Source: Podarcis vaucheri (taxonomy: Eukaryota). From it: DNA of 64,000 nucleotides. Location of the stretch: assembly GCA_965113315.1 (NCBI GenBank), contig OZ220368.1; one strand, 5' to 3'. A model generated the notes under the pieces. The model saw only the letters and a list, made by a program, of their open reading frames with translations. It was not told the origin of the DNA and made no database searches. Below are positions 23,769 to 36,115 of this stretch, piece by piece (positions within the stretch are counted from its first letter, which is position 1; every line of letters starts with the position of its first letter). The position numbers and the translations under genes were made by a program.

Positions 23769-26700
23769 CAACACGGATGCCCATGTGTCCTACCATAAAG
23801 GGGACATTACTCCATTTGAAGTGATGGCAGAGTACAGTCCTCTATTTCAAGGGCTACCTGAGCCAAATTTGGTTTACAGATAAGGAACCATAACAAGGGA
23901 TAACAGTGGAAAGTAAGCACATAGGCCACACAGTTGATGAGATGTATTTTCTTTTAAATATAAAGAAAATTACTGTATTATTTTTTTAAAAAAATGCATC
24001 CATGCATATAAATTAGCACTGCAAATACTGTGCAAATCTGTGTCCCCTTTTCTTATGATGCATAGATTGCCACTCTGACACATACACACATTCCAAAATA
24101 AAATAGAGAAGTACATTGGCTGACTAAATCTACTCAAAGCCGGATTAAATTTGTTGAGATGCCATCAACAGAGCCTTATGATCTAGCTACCAGCTGCACA
24201 TGAATGCATGTAATGAAACCGTGACAGGCCCTATTGCTTAACTGCAAAGCAGCACCAGGAAGGGGTGATTTGGAGCAAATAAATAGGGAGAAGGGGTGCT
24301 CAGTCCTGTCTGCTTCTTCACTGGTGAAACTCTATCTGAAGTGCATTTCCCCAGAAGGAAGAAGCCCATCATGATTTTATTATTTACACATATACATGAA
24401 GAATGTGCCATTAAGTATACAGTTGGCTATGATCGAATGTTGAACCTATTCTTATGTTATCAGGTTGCCGTGGTTGCAGCTCCCCTGTGGCTCCATCAGT
24501 TCCAGTGATAGCTTTGGTTACCCTTCATCCAAGCACTTGCCATCCACTTCCTGCAAACAGTCAGGCCTGATCTATTGTCCAGCTAAAGGTGCTCACTGAT
24601 GCTGGGTCAAATCTGACATTTAAGTAGAAGTCAAAAGGAAATAAAGCGATGCGGGGGTCCAGCTGCGGTCAGGTGATTTCTGAATAACCCAGACTGCTTT
24701 CTTTACCTGCATAATAAAACAATTTTGACAGGAACAGCACTTAATTGCCAGGCAGAGAGTTATACAAATGGAAGTGTATTGCACACTTTGTTCTGGGGAT
24801 AGGAGAGAACAATTTTTACCTTAGTCTGCGTACATATTACCGCTCACTCTGGTTCCAGTGCACTCTCACCACTGGTGTTCAAAGCTGGGGATACATGACA
24901 TTTGCCACAATTCCTATATGTCATGTAGTTTCTTGAGAAATACTGCTGTTGGTGTTATTTCCCTCAAACCAGCTTCCATCTGATTTGAAAATGTAAGTCT
25001 TGTTCCCTTTGCAGTAAAGCTGAGGGGTGTACATTTGAGACAGCTGTTGCACATGTCAGATGACAGCTTCATAAATTCTAGGATGGCGGAGTTGCAGGCG
25101 TGGGAAAACCAAACAGGTCCCTGAAGTATCTCTGGTGCACACAGCAACACACAAATGCAACTTGAAATGCTGAGCAGGAAAACAAAGTTGCTGTGCTTTA
25201 AGCCACTAATGTACACCTCGCTTTAGACATTAACTAGGCTTCAGTACCTTGGGCAGTAAACCTTAAGGATTTGATTAAAGAGCCTTCAGCCCCAGAAGGC
25301 CTTGTGGAGACCGACAGTCTCCCAAAGATATTATTTCAACAGCATGAAACCTATGTAGGGCAGCTCCTCAGCTAAGGATAGGTTTAGGTTACTTACAAGT
25401 GGGGTTGCCCAGTGACTGTTTCAGAAATTGAGCTAAGCTCCTGCACCTTTAATATGACTTTCCTGATAAGGATCCCATCCACAAACAGACCAACTTAGCT
25501 TCATTGATGGAACTACATAACCCCTGCCCATTCGAAAGTGCCTTAACAGATACAATGGACTGGCACTTCAGACCATTAGCTAGGCCAGTTACGGTAGTTT
25601 AAGGTAGTATTTGGGTTTGAATGAAAGCCTGAGGGAGTAGGTGTTAGCAGTGTCTCATTCGCATCACAGAAGCAAAGACCAAATGGGAGCTACCTCCTAA
25701 AAGTGACAGGGGCTGTTAACTAGGGCCACTTCTTATGTTTTACTTAACTTCTCACACTGGTCTGGTGGTGCTGAAACAAGTCGCCTGTGTATGTAGGAGT
25801 GTGTGTCAGATAATATGACCCTTTCCCCATGTCACTGCTAGTTTCACCTCTCCTTGGGGCCAGATAGCATTGTGGCATGGATATGGGGAGTTATGATGTC
25901 ATCTGCCCCTCCTCCCAAGTGGTATCCCTGCTTCAGACATTACTTCAGCTGTGGGACATAATAATTAAGGACATCCATTTTATTGTACACTCATTATGAT
26001 GCTTTCAGGGTGGTTATACATGATTCTGCTTTCAATGCTATTCACGGCTGCAAAAGTTTTGGGGTGGTCATACTGCTTCATTTCCAGTCAGTGCACATTC
26101 CGTAACTTCCTGCAGATGTTCTGGGTTTGTTGTCCCATTTTTACTGTGCTATAGGCCGTCTGGATAGCAATAATGTAGTAGCATTGGGAAAGTATTGCAG
26201 AACTAATAAAGTATTGCAGAGCTAATAAAGAGGAATAATAAAGAGTGGCTGGGGAAACCCAGCCAGATGGGTGGGGTATACATAAAATCGGAACAACAAC
26301 AACAATGTCTGACACAAATTCACATGTTGCAAAATATGCCCACAATAAAACATTGGCCTGGAGGGAACCACAGAAACAGTAACCACACCAATTAGGTACC
26401 GTGATTTAAGAATTGGCCCTTTGAGAGCAGGCAGGATGTTCAGTGTCAAAGGCCTTTGAACTATTTGAGTGCCTGGCCAGGTATATGTTCCTAAGGATGT
26501 TGCTATGATCCTAAACATTTCCACTCACCTTCCCCCACCCATTCTACACCTCTGCATTGGCCTGAGCTACTACTGATAGAAAGATAGTGCTGGAGTCTGT
26601 TATACGTGATGTCATATGACCTCAACACATCACAATCTCTCTTTTTGTCACATGTGCACACACACATGCATTCTGCGACAATGAAGCAATCATTTCTATA

Positions 26701-26979
26701 TGCCTTCAGGAAATTATGCAAAAGACCTTAGCAACTCTGTGGCAAAGCAGAAACACTGAGGATACCAGATGCAGAGATGTGTCATTTTCATTTCGCTGAC
26801 AGAGGAGCTGGCAGTCCTGTGACCTCCCCATGCCAAGGATGAGCTCCTGCCAAGCTTGAGCCGGTTCTGACCCCCCCCCCAAAAAAGCACACACACCATG
26901 CAGGCAGTTTCCCCAACACACAAAGGTCCAGTTTGCTTGCTTAAGACAGCCCCTGGAATGAGTCTATCCCCCTTTCCTT

Positions 26980-27339
26980 TTTTATTTAACCCCCGCCCTC
27001 TCATTTTTCCACATTCTCCAGCCTGTTTTGGCGCGTTGCTCCCTCTTTTTACAAAAGCCTTTCCCTTCAGGATTTCTGCGGTCCCTTCCAGAGCAGCTGG
27101 ATTTTAGGGCCTGGGCAGCTGCTGTTGCCTGGCAATGAGCTATGTTGCTTCCCCCTTTTCTGGCCTTTCTCTGCATTCCTGCCTTGCAGCTGAGCGCCCA
27201 GCCAGCCGCGACTTCTCTCAGCTCTATCTTTATCACAGACAGCCAGGCCAAGGAAGCCCCCGCTGAGCCCCTGAGCGTGCCTGCTGCCCTGCTCTCCTAG
27301 GCCTGGTCCTGATCCTGACCCGGAGCCCATTCCCTAACT
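26980..27339 (+). promoter_or_regulatory. Putative BTBD19 proximal promoter / 5' UTR
   Basis: Locally GC- and CpG-richer; GC box CCCCGCCC at 26991-26998; X-box-like GTTGCCTGGCAAT at 27124-27136; TSS not determinable from sequence. Confidence 0.4.
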
Positions 27340-27428
27340 ATGGCCTCTCCTTGCTCAGCTGTCCTGCTAGGGGATTCAGCTGCCTTTGCTGCCGCCCTCA
27401 GGACTCTCGTCAACAACCCACAGTTCAG
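27340..27428 (+). CDS. BTBD19: BTB/POZ domain-containing protein 19, coding exon 1
   Basis: actATGG start; MASPCSAVLLGDSAAFAAALRTLVNNPQF(S), resembling mammalian FSAALRSLVNNPRYS; AG|gtgagc donor, phase 2. Confidence 0.92.
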
Positions 27429-29201
27429 GTGAGCCAGCTGGAAGACCCAGCTAAGAGAGCCTGGGGATCAAGGTGGAGCTGGGAGTGAAGGTCGCAACAG
27501 GGAGGTAAACTAGAGAGCAGGTTTTAAGTTAGCTCTGCCAGGCTGTTGAGCTGGGAAGAATCATAATACTGGGTCACTGTGAAGAGAAGAAACAGACCCC
27601 ACCCTGCTCCACTATCTGCCAATCTCTCTTGCAGATTTGGCTCATGACTGTCAGGGAAGCGTTACATGTTTGGAAGCAGTACAGAAATACTGCGGTGAAT
27701 GATACCACATATGATGGTGTTATCTTGGATCCTCTGCTTTTAGGGATCATGAAAAGTGGGAGGGGATATCTGAAAAAGGTTTTAAAATTATCAAAGAAAG
27801 GACAATTATCCTCGCACCCAGGTGCAAATAATCTGATGAAATATTTTTGTATGCATTATTGGGCGGGAGGTTGGAACAGTTTGTTTTTAAATCACAGTTG
27901 TAAACTTTTTAGTGATAAGTCTATTACTTTATCTTTTTGTAAACTGCTCTGATGTTTTTTTCTACAATCAAGTGGTATATTTTGTGTGTGAAATAAATAA
28001 GCAGATTAGAATACAAAATATGTTATTAAGGCATGGGTCAGCTGTTCCTATGAGCTTTTCTGTTGTTGTTTTTTCATGTGGAGATGATAGTAAAGGTGAA
28101 ACCATATATACCAGAAGCACAGCATGAGTGATTGGCTGTGCATTATTGTGTCAGCTGGGAATGCTTTGGCTACCCAAAATATCATACAATACAGCCTTTA
28201 CTTCACCAGTTTGATGCCCTCTAGATGTTTTGACCATCAAACTCCTATCACCCCCAGCCTGCTTGTAGTTCAGAACAACTGGAAGGTGCCAGGTTGACAA
28301 AACTGGTCCAACTGATGGGCAGAGCAGAGCAATCCTACAAGGGGCTGGGGATGTATGGAGTGGCAGATTCCTACCTTTCATCCATTGCCCTGCCCAAGGT
28401 AAGGGCCCTGTCCATGCTAGGATCCCCATCATGGCACCATAGCACTCCACATTGGGTCTTTTACACCTTGTTACCTGCCTCTTTCTGAGTCACAGCTTTG
28501 CCTTCCGTGTAACACCAGAATCTATCTTTCATAAACAAGGGGGAGAAACACTGGTGTAGCCTTGAGCACAATTTACAGGCCAGGCCAGTGAGCTGTCCAC
28601 ACCAACATCTTGCTTTTAACAAATGTGGGATTATTTTGGCAACATGCTGCCATGTCCTGCTGACCACTCTGATTAACAATAGTGTTGCTAGGTACTTAAA
28701 GGGTCACAAAACAGATCAGCAACAACCTTGCATGAATATTATAGGGTGCCTTTAGACAAATGAAGCTGGTAGGTGGCTCAGGTCTAACCATTGCTGCACT
28801 TAGATGCACATCCTGCATTTTAAAATGGGGGGCCCTGCACAAAAGGACCGGAGAAATGGGGGCCCGTACAAAAGACTCAGGGCTTCAGCCCCCTGTACCA
28901 AGAATGCCTTTGCTGGTTAACATCCACTGGATTTTCTGTGTTTATACTGATACTTGTTAGGTAATAGTTATTGAAGAGAAGCATCATAAGCATCCTCTCC
29001 AAAGATGCTACCCTCTTGAGTGAAGTACTACTTACCGGGAACTTGGTACTTAAAAAGGTTCCATGTAATAGCTCTTAACTGCACGGAGAGACTATTATCT
29101 CTTGATTCCTGTTATGCAGTGCCTGAGCACATTCCCATTTCCCGACAGTGATGATTGGCCCTTCACAACCCGCTCCCGATCTATGTTTAGAGGTGCTACA
29201 T

Positions 29202-29338
29202 CAGTGATGGCCAAACTTGGCCCTCCAGCTCTTTTTGAGACTACAACTCCCATCATCCCTAGCTACCAGGACCAGTGGTCAGGGATGATGGGAACTGTAG
29301 TCCCAAAACAACTGGAGGGCCAAGTTTGGCCATCACTG
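29202..29338. mobile_element. Palindromic hAT MITE
   Basis: Long TIR CAGTGATGGCCAAACTTGGCCCTCCAG; perfect 8-bp TSD tgctacat at 29194-29201 and 29339-29346. Confidence 0.93.
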
Positions 29339-30508
29339 TGCTACATGGACAACAACATTTTGAAACAATTAGCTGCTTTCATCTGTTTTATTGATCAAAT
29401 TGAGCTTCTGTGTATATGTCATGTTACCTCATCTGTGCCTCAGATGATGGGCCCAGGACTGAAGCTAGGTTTCTCTCAAAGGATTCTCAGCCCTACTTCC
29501 TTGATTGCTTACTTGATATTACATACAACATGAGATGGGCATTAATCCTGTGAAATTCATTTAAAAATTGGAACTTCAGTTTGTGCTAATGTCCTAATCT
29601 GTGAATGCCCTTCAGTCAGTGCTAATGCCCTAATCTGTTAATGCTGGTTGAGTAAAAGTTTGAGGATCAATGCATTAATTAGTTTCTTAGTATTACTTCA
29701 TACGCTTAATTCATCTTAGAACCGATAATCATTTTTTGTCCTCCAAGCTATCAGAAATGGCTGATACTTAAGCAGAATTTGAGGTGGAGATTTCCCTCCT
29801 TATTCAATGTGGGTTGCCTTGCTTTTTGGAACTATCAAGATGTGTTTTTCTAAATGCTTTCCCTATCCGAATTGTGCTACTGGTACAGTGGTCACATTGC
29901 ATAATTTTCATCTGTAATAAACAGGATCTTTTCCTATTACAAAATCTAATTTAGAGATATAGCAATCGGGGACTGCATGAGACAAGTGAAGATTCTCTTC
30001 CCATGAAGAATTTGGTCAGGATATAAAGGATTTTTCTAGGGGCTTACCATACAGAATTGCATTATGTGGTTACTGAATATAGAGGAGCCTGCCTCTACAT
30101 TCTAGATGAAATTTCAGTTTTTATCAGTTTCTCATTTTTCCATACGTAATTTCAATCCATCATATTTCTGCATCACTTTGATATTTTTTTTTTAAAGTCC
30201 CCCAAATTTGCAAGGAGATTTTAAGCAGATTGTATTTGTACATTGCAGTAGTGTTGGTGAGGAGCTATCCCAACTGCATGTGATGAGACCATTTTATTCC
30301 TCCACTGAGGGTCTTTCCAGAGAGATTGTTTGTTTGGTTTTGCACAGTGTTGATTCCTATTTGTTCCTTGGGGATTCAGAGCCATTGCTGAATGAATACT
30401 GCATTTTCCTAGCTGTCAAACTATATTATGTTGTCATTGAAAAAAATGATATTTTCTCCTCCCCATTAGCATGTCTATTGTGAACGAGAGTGCTGAATGG
30501 AATGTGCT

Positions 30509-30648
30509 CATTGGCATAGCCAAGGGGGGAGGCAGGGAGGGGCAGCTGCCCCCCATAATAAATAAAAATCAATATAAATACATAGCAAACGGGGGTTCTG
30601 CCCCCTAACAAAAGGTCTGCCCCCCCAACAACCCTGGCTATGCCCATG
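30509..30648. mobile_element. hAT (Tip100-like) MITE
   Basis: CATTGGCATAGCCA ... TGGCTATGCCCATG termini; perfect 8-bp TSD aatgtgct. Confidence 0.88.
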
Positions 30649-30722
30649 AATGTGCTTGTGTGAATATTCCAGCCTCCTATGGACAGCACCTATGACTTAA
30701 TTAGTTGCACATAGCATCATAG

Positions 30723-30724
<2 letters not shown>

Positions 30725-30762
<38 letters not shown>
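30725..30762. repeat. (TAT)n microsatellite
   Basis: Direct reading. Confidence 0.95.
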
Positions 30763-30763
<1 letters not shown>

Positions 30764-31889
30764 AATAACAATATCATCACCAATCATTATAACAAAAATT
30801 ATATGAGTGCAATATCTTCTTTAGAGGCAGAGTGCTTCTCACTAATAAAAAAGACATATAACAGAAGGCTGCCTCCTTTGGTCTACAGTAGTGGATGCTA
30901 TTTTGTGGTACTTTCACTTTATATTGATTTGGTTTACACTCCATCTTCAACAATGGAACATGTGTGTCCCCTGCTTTTACTTTCAAGTGTTGGTGTCCCC
31001 CTGCCCTCCTGCAGCAAGGCTGCCACCTGCATGGTATTATTCAGCTGGTGCTAGCTCGGGGCTGGGAAAAGCCCAGGGAAAGTGCAGCTTATTTAGCAAC
31101 TGATTCTTTCTATAATATGCTACTGCGGCTGTTTGCGTTGGTGTAGTTAGCAAATGAGATTGTTGTTTTGTTTCAGAGGAATTGACATTTTACGAACAGG
31201 TGTGAGTCAAAAATGCAGATTAGTTTTCTGGTACATAGAGGTCAGCGAGAAAGCCGCTAAGGTAATGGAAAATTAAGTGAAGTGAAGTGAGTTACAGAAC
31301 AGGCCCTGCTGTAGCTACCTGGGTTCACATACCCGTGTACTGTAATGTGGCAGGGAAATCTTCCTACATCTGTGCTTCGACTCAAAGCAACTGTAGTAGT
31401 CCCTTTCTATAACTCTGGTGCCCTTACATATACAATTGGGCAATTCATAACACTGCTTGGAACACAGAAGTAAGCATCACGTGGCTGCTTTACTTAAGCC
31501 CATGTAGATTGCCAAATTATTCCACTTCTACTTCATGCTGATCCGGTCATGTGCAGCCACTTGTGTTAAACTTATTCATCTTTTTTGCCATGCTGTTGCT
31601 TCCTGATCCACCTCAGGCTCTATGCCCACCCACCCTTCAGAGTCCCATCCAGGTCACACTGGGCTGGAGAAAAGCAAGCCAGTATGTACGTTACATGAGC
31701 TACATAGATGTGCCTGCACTCGTGCATTTTTTACCCAAATTTCCAGTATGTGCCCCCTTCCCCACCCCCTGCAGCTCAAACCCAGCACTGAAGGGGTGGA
31801 GTTGTAAGGGGATTCCCCCCCCCTGGTTTGGTTCTGGATCAGATTAGAGTCACCCACACCTGTAATTTGTAGTATTACAGGATATAATA

Positions 31890-32120
31890 ATGGCCACAAA
31901 CATACAAGGCTTTAAAAGGGGGTTAAACAAATTCATAGAGGATAAGGCTATCTGTGGCTTCCGGCCATGATTCTGGAGGTGGCCTGCCTCTGAATATCAG
32001 CACAAATGGGGAGGGTGCTATTACTTGTGAACTCCCCAGGGGCATCTGTTTAGCCACTGAGAGAGCGTGATGATGGACTTGATGGGCCTTCAGCCTGATC
32101 CAGCAGGGCTCTTATGTTGT
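31890..32120 (+). mobile_element. CR1 LINE 3' end fragment
   Basis: ggctttaaaagggggttaaacaaattcatagaggataaggctatc ... gcctgatccagcagggctcttatgtt resembles a reptile CR1 3' terminus; boundaries approximate. Confidence 0.7.
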
Positions 32121-32682
32121 AACATGTAGTTCGACCCCAGGAAACAATACATGCAGCCCAGATAGTGTACTTACTGAGTTTGCTGAAACTGAGGAGGAAC
32201 AGCAGGAAACCAAGTGCGCAATTAAAAGCCCCATTCAAGTGCTTTATGCTTTATTTCTAAAATGAGAACTTTTGAGGTTAATGTCACATCCTCTGTCTGG
32301 GAAGCTCTTACTCCATTCTTTCTGTATGGTGACTGTCTTTGTTCACGCGGTGCTGAAGAGAAGGCTCTCTGCTTGATGGATTACTATTACTGCTTCATTT
32401 ATTCTAGGACTAAATCTGGCACTCGGGTTGCCACCTGTCCCTAGAAAGATGTGATTGTCCTTTCTTGGGGGGGGGGGAGAAATGTGTTCCCTGTCCAGTT
32501 CGGACTTCAAACAGGACACCTTTTTCATGTATTCAAGCACACCTACTGCAAATTTTCTTTGAGCACACGCCAGCTGAACTCTGCAAGATGGTTCTCAATG
32601 GGGAGAGTAGCTGGAGAAAGGGGAGAGCAGGGCAGGGTGTTGAGAAGTGTGCATGGTAAACTCATTGCCTGTTTTCCCACAG

Positions 32683-32890
32683 TGATGTGACATTTCTGGT
32701 AGGCAGAGAGCAGAAGGAAATCTTTGCCCATCGCTGCCTCCTCACTTCCCGCTGCCAGGCACTCCATGCAATGTTAAGCCAGCCCCAGGAGATACAAGCC
32801 CCACTGATCCTCAGCCACGTCCAGCCAGAGGTGTTCCTCGCAGTCATTGAGTATCTGTACACCAATAATGTCACCCTCAACAACAGCATT
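32683..32890 (+). CDS. BTBD19: BTBD19 exon 2 (BTB domain)
   Basis: ccacag|T ... ATT|gtaagt; DVTFLVGREQKEIFAHRCLLTSRCQALHAMLSQPQEIQAPLILSHVQPEVFLAVIEYLYTNNVTLNNSI; 208 bp. Confidence 0.95.
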
Positions 32891-34838
32891 GTAAGTATGA
32901 CTTGTATTAGTACAGGCTTGGCTTGCAGTGAAGTGAGTAAATGGAGAATGGCTTAAAATTAGTAAATCGTATTATTAATGTGCTTATGAGGAAACACAAA
33001 CCTTTTAAGTCACCCTTGCAGATCAATTAAAAAATGTTACCAACACGAGTCTTGACAGATAATAATAGGTCCTCCCCGCAACCTTTTCCATTGTGTGTCT
33101 GATTTTTACTGCTGGTCCTGTTTGCAGATTCAGTGTACACAATTTTAAATCATGGGTACTGTACATATATATTTCTCTATAAAAAGTAACCCACACAGTC
33201 TATTGTTGTTAAAAAGCAAAGGTGGATGATGTTTTCGTCCGTAAGATGATGATGATTGAAGTAAAGTCACTTCTGCTTATTATGCGCTATAATGGCAATC
33301 TGGTAAAACAGATATGTTAGTGATTATGCTGATAATGGAGAGAGAGAGAGAGGCCCTGCTCATAGCAATCTATTCACCTGGAAAGAATCATTATGCACCC
33401 CACATACGTACTTAATCTCAACCACAGAAAGGGCAGCAACCACCCTGGTATAATGCAGCTGTTACTTGGTTGAATGTGCTAAGACTCAGTTCTAGTAAAA
33501 CAGTAGTGATATTTGAAAGCTGAGTAGCATCAGTGTCTTAGTGTTGGATTTGCTCCATCCTCTGCTGCATTGCCCTGTCTCTAGCATCTCTGTCTTGTAT
33601 CACAGAGCCAGTGCTTTGAGCTCTGAAAATCCTGTCTCTTTTCACTGCAAAAGATCTAGAAATCGGGAGAGGATGTGGGCTGGGTGTCTGTGCAAGAATG
33701 CTGACTTAATCAACCGCCATTAGCAGCTTCCACATAATTGGGTTGTTACTTAGGTTTTTCTTAATTTAAAAGCTGTTGAATCAGATCTGTGCATCTCCTA
33801 GTGATTTCAGACTGCAGCCAAGTAAGGCAATGAAATTACTTGTGAGTCAGTGCAGTAGTTTCAAGATTATGTTTAGCACCTAAAATGGAGCAGCAAGCTC
33901 ATAAAATGGAGGCTTTTTTACTGGCAGAGATGAAGGAAAGTCTCTGATGAGCACCACAAAATCCAATTCTCTCCATCAATGTCATATGTGTGGCACATCC
34001 TCTTTTTAGCTAATCCTTCTCTATTTTACGTTTTATTTTTAACAAATGTTTAGGATAGGGGCTCTCTTGTTCACTTGTGCAGTGATTGCAGAATGCAGAT
34101 AATTTGGTCTGCGCGTTTTCCCCATTGTGCATTAGCAAGCAGGGAAGACCACATTTTTCTCTTACTGATTCAGGGACCTTTTCTTTGTTGGAAAGTTCCA
34201 TCTGGATGAAGCTGTTTATTTGGATGAGGAGCTGTGGCCCTCCACCATCCCTGACCATAGGATATGTGGACTGGGTCTGATTGGAATTGGGAGTCCAACA
34301 ACATCTGCAGGGTCACAGGTCCCCTGCCCTGATCTAGATTCACAGAATTCTGTTCTGGGCTTGGTTTTGGGAAAGGAATTGCTATCATCATGCTGGTCAA
34401 AAGTTTCAGTTTTGATCCGTAGATATATTATTCTAGCCTTGTTTTATATCAATCACTGTGGAAATATTCCTTCAGTAAGGGCGGTATATAAATATTGTAA
34501 ACCAATCAATATATTGTCATAGGAAGAAAGGGGCAACCTTAAGATTTGGAAAAACTTCCTTCTGCGTTAATCAGCAGATAGCTGTTGTTCAGGTTTTACA
34601 TATGCCTGCAGTATTGGCAGCATCTCACTCCTGTGACTCAGCTTCTCTGTCAGGAGCTGCCTCCAGGGAAGGTTGAATTCCAGCCCTGTCATCATAAAAG
34701 GACATAGTAGATGGTGTATTTGACATCTCGCTGCCTCCCTCTGTCATTCCCTACTGTGAATGATTAGAGACTGAGTTTGTACCACCCAAACAAATTCAAA
34801 ATCAAATTCAAATAGCTTTGGTTATTTTATGTAAGAAT

Positions 34839-35158
34839 AAAGGTAAAGGGACCCCTGACTATTAGGTCCAGTCACGGACGACTCTGGGGTTGCGGTGCTC
34901 ATCTCGCTTTACTGGCTGAGGGAGCCGGCGTACAGCTTCCGGGTCATGTGGCTAGCATGACTAAGCCGCTTCTGGCAAAACCAGAGCAGTGCACAGAAAC
35001 GCCATTTACCTTCCCACTGGAGCGATACCTATTTATCTAATTGCACTTTGACATGCTTTCGAACTGCTAGGTGGGCAGGAGCTGGGACCGGGCAACGGGA
35101 GCTCACCCTGTCGTGGGGATTCGAACCGCCGACCTTCTGATCGGCAAGCCCTAGGCTC
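34839..35158 (-). mobile_element. 5'-truncated Sauria SINE
   Basis: High identity to 19948..20300; lacks about the first 30 nt including the A box. Confidence 0.93.
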
Positions 35159-35271
35159 AGTTGGAGATGGGGAGAGAAATAAAGAGACATAAAAATGTTG
35201 TCCTCCCCCAGTTTTTCAATTACACCAATCTGTCCCACCCCACCCCCTCCAAAAAAGGAAAATATTGCAAT

Positions 35272-35340
35272 CAGTGCTATTTTTCTGGAAAAAGAGGTGC
35301 TGGAACTGAGTTCCGGTGAGTTCTGGCTGAAAAAGCCCTG
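35272..35340. mobile_element. 69-bp hAT-like mini-MITE
   Basis: CAGTGCTATTTTT ... AAAAAGCCCTG termini; degenerate 8-bp TSD attgcaat/gttgctat. Confidence 0.65.
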
Positions 35341-36030
35341 GTTGCTATATTGGTCGATAAAAATATCCCAAATCCATAGCTCTTCAATGCCATGCTTTTG
35401 TGACATTTTGGTGGTCCTGAGAGATGTAATGCTCAACTATGGATTTTTGAATATTTGCCATAGAAACCATAATCAGGTATCAGGTACATTTTTTTCATTA
35501 CATCAACAACAACTTCTACATAAGGTAGAGTCTGGATTTATTAAATAGGTAATAGTTTGAGAGTATATGAACTGCAGTTTGTTGACATTCATCAGGGAAG
35601 TTTGGACTGTCCTCTTGCTGGCTGCACCAAACTCATCTGATCTTTATAATGTTTTCTCTTATTCTCTCTCACACAGCTCAGGACGTTGCTTTCATTCTTT
35701 GGAATTTTTAGCAGCCACACCCAGCAACATGAGAAGGGCTGGATGTTTCATGGGCTGGGAAGAACATTATACGCACTCCTTAATGCCCAGAAATTCCAGG
35801 AGAGATATAACATCTATCCAGGATGGGGGCAGAGGGGGAGCAAGCTCTAGTAGACAAGCCTAGATTCTAGGGTTTACGCGTTTAATTTGTTCTTAATCTG
35901 TAGAAATGTGGTGATTATGAACCTAAAAGGGGCAGAGAATTGCAGCTGCCAACTTTGTGAACTGAAGAGTCCACAATGGTGAGAAGAAAATGTAGGGAAA
36001 TAGGATTTTGAAAAGAGGGAACTACAAACT

Positions 36031-36068
36031 CATATGTGTATGTGTGTGTGTGCGCGTGCGCGCACGCA

Positions 36069-36112
<44 letters not shown>

Positions 36113-36115
36113 TGC
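36031..36115. repeat. Compound (TG)n(CG)n(CA)n alternating purine-pyrimidine tract
   Basis: 85 bp of uninterrupted Y/R alternation by direct reading. Confidence 0.92.

Noticed and set aside
21740-24830. Specific non-coding first exons of DYNLT4 (minus-strand donor-like sites near 21757, 21962, 24705 and 24819)
   Set aside because: Several equally plausible donors; cannot choose without transcript data
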